Positions 57,835 to 64,000 of a DNA stretch of 64,000 nucleotides are shown here, in pieces (the first letter of the stretch is position 1; each line of letters starts with the position of its first letter). Source of the DNA: Dehalococcoidia bacterium (GTDB taxonomy: Bacteria > Chloroflexota > Dehalococcoidia > UBA2979); NCBI GenBank assembly GCA_964291495.2, contig OZ219871.1:480001-544000 (forward strand), read 5' to 3'. The notes beneath the pieces were generated by a model. It had not been told where the DNA came from. It did no database searches and saw nothing but the letters and a program-made list of their open reading frames with translations. The position numbers and the translations under genes are program-made.

Positions 57835-59046
57835 CTAGTAGTCGAGGTTGTATACGCGCGCGGCGTTGTCGTGGAGGATCTTCTGCAGCGTCTCTCTCGG
57901 CAGCGAGCTGAGGTTGCGCTCGATGAAGTCCTTCGGCTTGTCCGCGACCGAGGCCGGACCCGGCGACATGCTCGTCGGATGCGGGAAGTCCGTCTCGTAG
58001 AGCACGTTGTCGGGAATCATCTCGATCGTGTGCAGCGCCACCTCGCGCTCGAACCAGAAGCAGGCGTAGACCTGGCGCCTGAAGTACTCGCTCGGCAGCA
58101 GGTCCATCTCCGGGTGCTCGTCACGCCCTCCGGCGTTCAGCCACTGCCAGTCGACCGCCTCGAGGACGTACGGCACCCAGCCGATGCCGCTCTCCACGGA
58201 GACGAAGTTCAGGTTCGGGTGGCGGTGGCAGATGCCGGAGATCAGGATCTCCATGATCCCGTTCATGTTGTCCATGAAGAAGCGCACCGTGCCCGCCGAG
58301 TAGTTCGCCTGCTGGCCGTTGCCCTCGTAGCCGCCGTGCACGTCGACCGGGTTCCCGGAGCCGATGTGGAAGTTGATGCTCAGGCCCAGGTCCTCGGCGG
58401 TGTGCCAAACCGGGTTCCAGTGCGGGTCCGCCAGCATCGGCGAGTCGCCGAAGAGGTGCGGCTGCTGCGGGAAGAGCACGCCCTTGTGGCCCAGCTTCGC
58501 GCAGCGCTCGATCTCCTTGACCGTCTCATCCACGTCCCAGAAGGGGACCGCCATGATCGGCAATAGCCGGTCCGGGTTGAGGCCGCACCACTCGTGCAGG
58601 AAGTCGTTGTAGGCCTGAACACAGGCCAGCATCAGCTCCGGGTCCTCGAGCTTGAGGAAGTTCTGGTTCCCGAAGCCGGCCACGTTCGGGTAGATGACGT
58701 GGGCGTACATCCCGTACTCGTCCATGCGCTCCAGGCGCTTCTCCGCGTCGTAGGCGCCGGGGTCGAAGTCCTCGATCGTGGAGGGGTGCGCCGGGGGCCA
58801 CTCGCGCCAGCCGGCCATGGTCGTGATCCCGATCGGCGAGGAGGGCTTGCCGTTGAGGATCCAGATGTCGCGCGGCATGTCCGGGTCCGCGCTCGGATCC
58901 CAATGCCTCGCCGTGTCCCAGGGGATGGTCCGTACATGGGGCACCATGTCGCCCCACTTCTTGGTCGAGACTCGCGAGGTGAAGAGGTCGTAGGGCTCCG
59001 TCACGTGCGTGTCGACATCGATGACCTTGATCTCGTCGGTGATCAT
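57835..59046 (-). CDS. Amidohydrolase_2 family protein
   Basis: IDVDTHVTEP, AYNDF, NFHIG, VESGIGW, ETDFPH, NAARVY. Confidence 0.92.
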   Translation of the reverse strand: MITDEIKVIDVDTHVTEPYDLFTSRVSTKKWGDMVPHVRTIPWDTARHWDPSADPDMPRDIWILNGKPSSPIGITTMAGWREWPPAHPSTIEDFDPGAYDAEKRLERMDEYGMYAHVIYPNVAGFGNQNFLKLEDPELMLACVQAYNDFLHEWCGLNPDRLLPIMAVPFWDVDETVKEIERCAKLGHKGVLFPQQPHLFGDSPMLADPHWNPVWHTAEDLGLSINFHIGSGNPVDVHGGYEGNGQQANYSAGTVRFFMDNMNGIMEILISGICHRHPNLNFVSVESGIGWVPYVLEAVDWQWLNAGGRDEHPEMDLLPSEYFRRQVYACFWFEREVALHTIEMIPDNVLYETDFPHPTSMSPGPASVADKPKDFIERNLSSLPRETLQKILHDNAARVYNLDY

Positions 59047-59185
59047 GTTGCCTCCAACACGAGGCCATCGCCGGGGGAGGGGTCAGCCTCGCAAACGTGC
59101 CGGACCGGGGAGCAGGTCCACTGGGTGGGATGGTGGCGGGCCACGCTGAGAGCGCCGCGTTCCCCCTCGCCATTACTCATGGCAT

Positions 59186-59225
59186 ATCACTAACGTGACT
59201 ATAGATTGGGGCCTACGGTTGTCAA
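59186..59225 (-). promoter_or_regulatory. Sigma70-type promoter TTGACA-16-TATAGT with a downstream TCAC-N4-GTGA palindrome
   Basis: TTGACA 59225-59220, TATAGT 59203-59198; TCACTAACGTGA at the predicted start site. Confidence 0.65.
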
Positions 59226-59317
59226 GGAAGCGCGGGCTCCCGGGCCCGACGGCTGCGCCGGCTTGAGGCCGCCACCAGCCGGCGCGCGAGCAATCGAGGG
59301 CGGGGGCGAGCCGATCG

Positions 59318-60532
59318 CTACCCGGGCGTGTTGTCGTATCCGGCCGTGATCGGCTGGTCCGTGCGCTGGCCGCTGCTGCCCGCCGGGCTGAAGCGCTCGA
59401 CCACCTCGCCCAGCTCGTCTCGCCCCGCCGCGGCCGGCGCCTCGGCGGGCTGTCCGGGCAGCGAGGCGACGTGCAGCGTCTGCGTCGGGAACGCGAACTC
59501 CACGCCCAGCTCCTCGGCCAGCCGCATGATGTCGAGGTTCAGCACATGCCGCGTGCGCAGCTCGGCGTTCCAGTCCGGCGCGGTGATGAAGCAGTAGACG
59601 AGGATCTCGAGCGATGACGCGCCGAAGTCGACGAACTCGACGATGTAGTAGTCCTTGCGCATGTCGGGGTTGGCGCGGACCAGCGCGCGGATGCCCTCGG
59701 TGAAGGCCTGTATCTGGTCGGGCGTGGTGTGGTAGGCGACGCCGAGGGTGGTCCGGTAGCGCCGCCACTGCCGCAGGCCCATGTTGTCCACCGAGGTGTC
59801 GACGATGCGCGCGTTCGGCACGGTCACCACTGAGTTGTAGAAGGTCCGCACCCGCGACGAGCGGAATCCCACGTGCTCGACCGTGCCCTCGAGATCACCG
59901 ACGACCACCCAGTCGCCCACCTGGAACGGGCGGTCGGCGAAGATCGTGACGCCTCCGAGGAGGTTGCGGAACGTGTCCTGCGCGGCGAGCGCCACCGCGA
60001 GCCCGCCGAGCCCGAGCCCGGCCACGAGCGATGTGATGTTCACACCGAGGTTCCCGAGGATGAAGAGCACGCCGATCACGAGCGTGGCCACCTTGAGGGT
60101 GGTGTTCGTGATCGGCACCAGTTGATCGTCGAGGCGGCTCTCGGTCAGCTCCGCGCGTCGCTCGAGCACGTCCGTGAAGATGTCGACGCCTCGGAAGCCG
60201 AGCAGCACGAGCGCGCCCGCGCCGAGCAGGCTCGCGAGTTGCTCGACGATGTCCTCGACGGCGACGGGGAAGTCGAGGGCCGGGAAACCCAGCAGGAACG
60301 TGACGGCCACGGCCAGCGCCCACAGCGCGCGCCCGAGGCGCCCGCGCTCCTCTTCCCAGAATCGGTGGTCGTCCTCGTCGAAGCGCGTCCGCACATAAAG
60401 CTTGAGCACCTGGTTGACGACCACGTAGGTGAGCGCGGAGACGGCGACCAGGATGACGAGCCCGAGGTACTGCTCGACCTCGATCCCGAGGTAGGTGTCC
60501 TGGAACCAGGCTGGTGCGAGGAAGGGGGGCAC
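59318..60532 (-). CDS. mscS: Small-conductance mechanosensitive channel (MscS family)
   Basis: AGLGLGGLAVALAAQDT, DRPFQVGD, GTVEHVGFRS, VPNA, FAFPTQTL. Confidence 0.9.
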   Translation of the reverse strand: MPPFLAPAWFQDTYLGIEVEQYLGLVILVAVSALTYVVVNQVLKLYVRTRFDEDDHRFWEEERGRLGRALWALAVAVTFLLGFPALDFPVAVEDIVEQLASLLGAGALVLLGFRGVDIFTDVLERRAELTESRLDDQLVPITNTTLKVATLVIGVLFILGNLGVNITSLVAGLGLGGLAVALAAQDTFRNLLGGVTIFADRPFQVGDWVVVGDLEGTVEHVGFRSSRVRTFYNSVVTVPNARIVDTSVDNMGLRQWRRYRTTLGVAYHTTPDQIQAFTEGIRALVRANPDMRKDYYIVEFVDFGASSLEILVYCFITAPDWNAELRTRHVLNLDIMRLAEELGVEFAFPTQTLHVASLPGQPAEAPAAAGRDELGEVVERFSPAGSSGQRTDQPITAGYDNTPG

Positions 60533-60684
60533 GGCGACCTCCGGCGCCCTCAGCCTAACATTCGATGATGCGCATGCGCACCTTTGCAGATACGCCGTGC
60601 CCGAGCACGGAGCGGCGACGCGCTATGATCGCGCTCGCCATGCGGACCGGAACGAGTCCGCACCGTGCGAGGAAGGCTGATCGC

Positions 60685-61623
60685 GTGAGCGCTCCCCTGC
60701 GCGTACTGACCTGGATGCCGCCCGAGATGACCGAGCGCATCAACGAGGTCGAAGGCGTCGAGTTGATCCACATCCCGGCGCGCGGACCGTTCCCCGAGGA
60801 CGCGAACGGCGACGTGCTGCTGGTCGGCGCGCGCAGCGTGCCCGTCATGGAGGAGGCGCTGAGCAGCGGCGTCCGCTGGATCCACATCTACGGTACCGGC
60901 GTCGACGGCTTCCCGATCGAGCGGATCGAGGGCGATCAAATCCTCAGCTGCTCACGCGGGGCGAGCGGCGTGCCGATCGCCGAGTGGGTGATGGCGACGC
61001 TGCTCGCCTTCGAGAAGCGGCTGGAGGAGACGGCGATCCACGAGCCCTGGGATCGCCGCCGCGACCCCGGGCTGGGCACGCTCGAGGGCAAGACACTGGG
61101 CCTCGTGGGGCTCGGCGGCATCGGCCTCGCCCTGGCCGAACGGGCGCTGCCGTTCGGGATGCGCGTGCTCGCCCTGCGCCGTCACCCGCGACCGAGCGAG
61201 GTGCCCGGCGTCGAGATCGCGAGCGACCTCGGCGAACTGCTCGCCGAGGCGGACCACCTCGTGCTCGCCGCTCCGGCGACCGCCGCGACGCACCACCTGA
61301 TCGACCGTGAGGCCCTCGGGCGGGTGAAGCCGGGCGTCCACCTGGTCAACGTTGCGCGCGGATCGCTGGTCGACAACGACGCGCTGCGCGAGGCGCTCGA
61401 CGACGGGCGCATCGCGATGGCCTCGCTCGACACGATCGAGCCGGAGCCGCTGCCCGCCGGACACTGGCTCTACTCGCACCCACAGGTGCGGGTGACCCCG
61501 CACCTCTCGTGGAGCATGCCGGCAGGCCGCGATCGGATCGTCGACATCTTCGTCGCGAACCTGCGGCACTTCATGGCGGGCGAACCCCTCGAGGGCGTCG
61601 TGGACGTCGAGGAGGGCTACTAG
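60685..61623 (+). CDS. D-isomer-specific 2-hydroxyacid dehydrogenase family
   Basis: GTGVD, GLVGLGGIG, VNVARG, EPLP, TPHLS. Confidence 0.9.
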   Translation: MSAPLRVLTWMPPEMTERINEVEGVELIHIPARGPFPEDANGDVLLVGARSVPVMEEALSSGVRWIHIYGTGVDGFPIERIEGDQILSCSRGASGVPIAEWVMATLLAFEKRLEETAIHEPWDRRRDPGLGTLEGKTLGLVGLGGIGLALAERALPFGMRVLALRRHPRPSEVPGVEIASDLGELLAEADHLVLAAPATAATHHLIDREALGRVKPGVHLVNVARGSLVDNDALREALDDGRIAMASLDTIEPEPLPAGHWLYSHPQVRVTPHLSWSMPAGRDRIVDIFVANLRHFMAGEPLEGVVDVEEGY

Positions 61624-62543
61624 CCGCGCAGGTAGCGGGCGGCTGCGCTCGCGGCGGAGACGGCCTCGCCGACGGCTTCGGCCACGTGGCCGCCGTAGCC
61701 GCGCCGCACGGCGCCGGCGGCGAAGACGCCCGGCAGTGAGGTCGCGAACTCCGCATCGGTGACGACGTAGCCGTCCTCGCACGCCACCTCGGGAGGCAGG
61801 AACTCGCTGTTGGGGATCGAGCCGATGAAGGGGAAGACGGCCTTGCAGGCCAGCTCGCGGACGCTGCCGTCCCCGACGCCGCGCAGCCGCACGCCCTCGA
61901 CCGCGCTGCCTCCGAGGACTTCGTCGACGACGCTGCTCCAGACGAACTCGACGTTGTCGAGCCGGGAGAGCCGGTTCACGTAGTCCGGCTTCGCCCGCAG
62001 CGGGCTGCGCGCGACGACATAGACCCTGCGACAGAAGCCGGCGAGGACCAACGCCTCCTGCGCAGCGGCGTCCCCGCCCCCGATGACCGCGACGTCCTCG
62101 CCTCGGTAGAGGTGGCCGTCGCACCAGGCGCACTGCGAGACGCCCTTGCCCAGCAACTCGCGCGCGCCGGGCGCCTCAAGCGGCCGGAGCCGCGCGCCGG
62201 AGGCCACGACGACGGCGCGGGCGCGCTGTCGCTCGCCCGCGGCGAGAGCGGCCAGGCCCCCACCCCCAACGGTGAGCGACTCGATCGCAGCCCGGTGGAA
62301 CACGACGCCGAGCGAGCGGCAGCGCTCGACGAGGTCGACGGCGAGGTCGACGCCGGAGAGCGGCCCGACGGCCGGGTAGCCGTCGAGCAGCTCGACGGTC
62401 GCGATCTGCCCGCCGAACAGCGGCTCGCCCTCGATCAGGGCCGTGCTGAGGCCGGAGCGGGCGGCGTGCAGCGCGGCGGTCAGGCCGGTGACGCCGCCGC
62501 CGATGACGAGGACGTCGTACCTGCCGTGGCGCCGGCTCACCAT
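61620..62543 (-). CDS. Thioredoxin reductase-like FAD/NAD(P)H oxidoreductase
   Basis: VIGGGVTGLTAA, GGQ, GKGVSQCAWCDG, GGGDAA, TSLPGVFAAG. Confidence 0.85.
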   Translation of the reverse strand: MVSRRHGRYDVLVIGGGVTGLTAALHAARSGLSTALIEGEPLFGGQIATVELLDGYPAVGPLSGVDLAVDLVERCRSLGVVFHRAAIESLTVGGGGLAALAAGERQRARAVVVASGARLRPLEAPGARELLGKGVSQCAWCDGHLYRGEDVAVIGGGDAAAQEALVLAGFCRRVYVVARSPLRAKPDYVNRLSRLDNVEFVWSSVVDEVLGGSAVEGVRLRGVGDGSVRELACKAVFPFIGSIPNSEFLPPEVACEDGYVVTDAEFATSLPGVFAAGAVRRGYGGHVAEAVGEAVSAASAAARYLRG

Positions 62544-62562
62544 CGTCGGGCTCGTGCGGCCG

Positions 62563-64000
62563 TCAGCGCGTCCGCGCCTCGGCGAGCCGCGCGTCCCAGT
62601 CGGCGGGGAGCTCGATCTTCTTCGCGACCGGGTAGCCGAGCCTGCCGTTGTGCGAGAAGGTGATGGCGTTGTTGCGCAGCGGGTCGCCCGCGACCGCGAC
62701 CATGAAGTCGTCGGGCTCGAAGACAATCGGCACCAGCCGGTTCGGGTCGTCCGATTCGAGGAACACGCGCGGGATCCGGCCGAGGTTGACCTCCGCCTCG
62801 AGCGAGCGGATCACGTGGTCGGTCCAGTCGCCGAGGTAGCGCTCGAACTCCCACGCGGGCAGCCTCGCGTGGTCGAAGAGGTACTGCTTCACGTCCTGCT
62901 TGCTCCAGCCGGCCTTCGCGATCGTCTGCGCGAGGATCGGGCTGAGCACCAGCAGCGGGCGCAGCGAACCCATCGACTTGCCGACGGTGAAGATCAGCTG
63001 CCAGGTGTTCTGCTTGAGCACCGCGTCCGCGATGTAGGGCAGCACGCGCTCCGGCGTGTCGCCGTAGACCGAGGCCATCATGTCGCCGCCGGTGTAGCGC
63101 GCGATGGTGACGGTGTTGTCGCCGGCCTCGAAGCCGAACTCGGCGCTGGTGGGGGGCCAGCCGATCCCGGCGAGGACGTCCTCGTTCTCCGCCAGCACGA
63201 CGCGCCAGGTGTTGCCGAAGGTGGCCTTGTCGTTCTTGTGCAGCAGGAAGCCGGCGACGTTGCGCAGGTAGAGGCGCCAGAAGCGCCCGACCGAGCTGTT
63301 CGCCTGGAAGCCGTCGCGCAGCACGCCCTGCTCGTAGTTGAACCCGAGCTCCTTGATGATCGGCCCGTTGAGCGTGATGAGGGTCTCCGCGCCGGGCGTG
63401 TTGCCGCTGTGTTCGACGCCGTACTCCGGGTCGGCCATCGCCTCGGCGAGAGCGACCAGCACCGGCATGTACTCCGGCCGGCAGCCCGCCATCACCCCGT
63501 TCACCGCGATGCTCCAGATCGTGACGGCGCGGTTGTCCGCGAGGATTACGCCGATCACCTCGTCCGGATCGCGATCGGTGAAGGCGAGGAACTGCTCCAC
63601 CTTCTCGATCGTCGGTGGGACGATCGGCAGGCCATCGCTCCACTCGCACTCGGTGAAGTGGCGATTGACGTCCTCAAAGCTGCCCTCGAAGACAATCTCG
63701 CGCGGCGAGGGTTCGTCGAACGCCGGCGCGTCCTCGGGGGATTCGAGGAGATTGGCGACGACGGCGTCGAGCGTCACCTCGAGGACGTTCCGCTTCATCT
63801 CCTCCTCGCTCTGGTTGCCGACGTGGCCGGGCACGAGCGCGAGCGGCAGGTTCGGCAGCCCGAGGCCGGCCGAGGTCGTGCCGGCCTGGCCGATGAAGCC
63901 CTCGCAGACGAGCGAGGAGGTCGGCACGCCGGCCAGCTCGCACGCTGCGCTTGCCCGCATCACGGCGGGCGTGCAGCTGCCTCAGCAGCCCATCCCGGAG
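62563..64000 (-). CDS. UGSC-family (seleno)protein fused to a conserved unknown domain; 5' end outside the window; in-frame TGA at 63984-63982
   Basis: TCC GGG ATG GGC TGC TGA GGC AGC TGC ACG CCC = S-G-M-G-C-U-G-S-C-T-P, in frame with the 466-aa ORF (WSDGLPIVPPT, AVNGVMAGCRPEY). Confidence 0.8.
63944..63981 (-). promoter_or_regulatory. Putative bacterial SECIS element
   Basis: 11 nt after UGA: GCCCGC-CGUGAU-GCGGGC stem-loop, with a lower GCUGC/GCAGC stem. Confidence 0.65.

Noticed and set aside
10032-58566. Many long overlapping ORFs (e.g. 11356-13527, 18527-21136, 23515-25875, 52317-54719, 55645-58566)
   Set aside because: Arg/Ala/Gly-rich or antisense frames with no motifs, as expected in very high-GC DNA; each overlaps a well-supported gene
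59047-59195. Riboswitch in the long amidohydrolase leader
   Set aside because: Only small hairpins are seen, with no recognisable aptamer consensus
63961-63963. GTG at 63963 as the true start of the last ORF
   Set aside because: No RBS, it lies inside the SECIS-like loop, and the conserved GSCTP motif lies upstream in frame

Overview
Very GC-rich bacterial chromosome segment with no rRNA, tRNA, CRISPR array or prophage. The gene content suggests Chloroflexota (Dehalococcoidia/SAR202-like); this is an inference from the many F420-dependent enzymes, multiple class III CoA-transferases, Tat-lipoprotein family-5 solute-binding proteins with poly-Asp/Pro-Thr linkers, and a GAAC-N4-GTTC SOS box. 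Most of the window is catabolic and transport genes: SDRs, LLM/Ddn/PPOX oxidoreductases, a form II cox operon, two ATPase-less Opp/Dpp ABC clusters, a sulfatase, amidohydrolases, KtrAB and MscS, plus two HigBA-type toxin-antitoxin pairs. Main points: (1) a UGSC-type selenoprotein with an in-frame TGA and a SECIS-like hairpin, upstream of a divergent thioredoxin-reductase-like gene; (2) an MBL-hydrolase/winged-helix/Rex-NADH-domain fusion divergent from the cox operon, with a perfect TGTGA-N6-TCACA site between them; (3) a divergent dnaE2/imuB mutagenesis cassette around a 40-bp palindrome holding the LexA box and two identical -10 elements, with a frameshift in dnaE2; (4) a MITE family with TIRs, a 5-bp TSD and BoxC-like hairpins, plus a ~203-bp tandem repeat; (5) a sulfatase gene flanked by a duplicated dppC 3' end. 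All calls come from motif recognition by eye; no searches were run.
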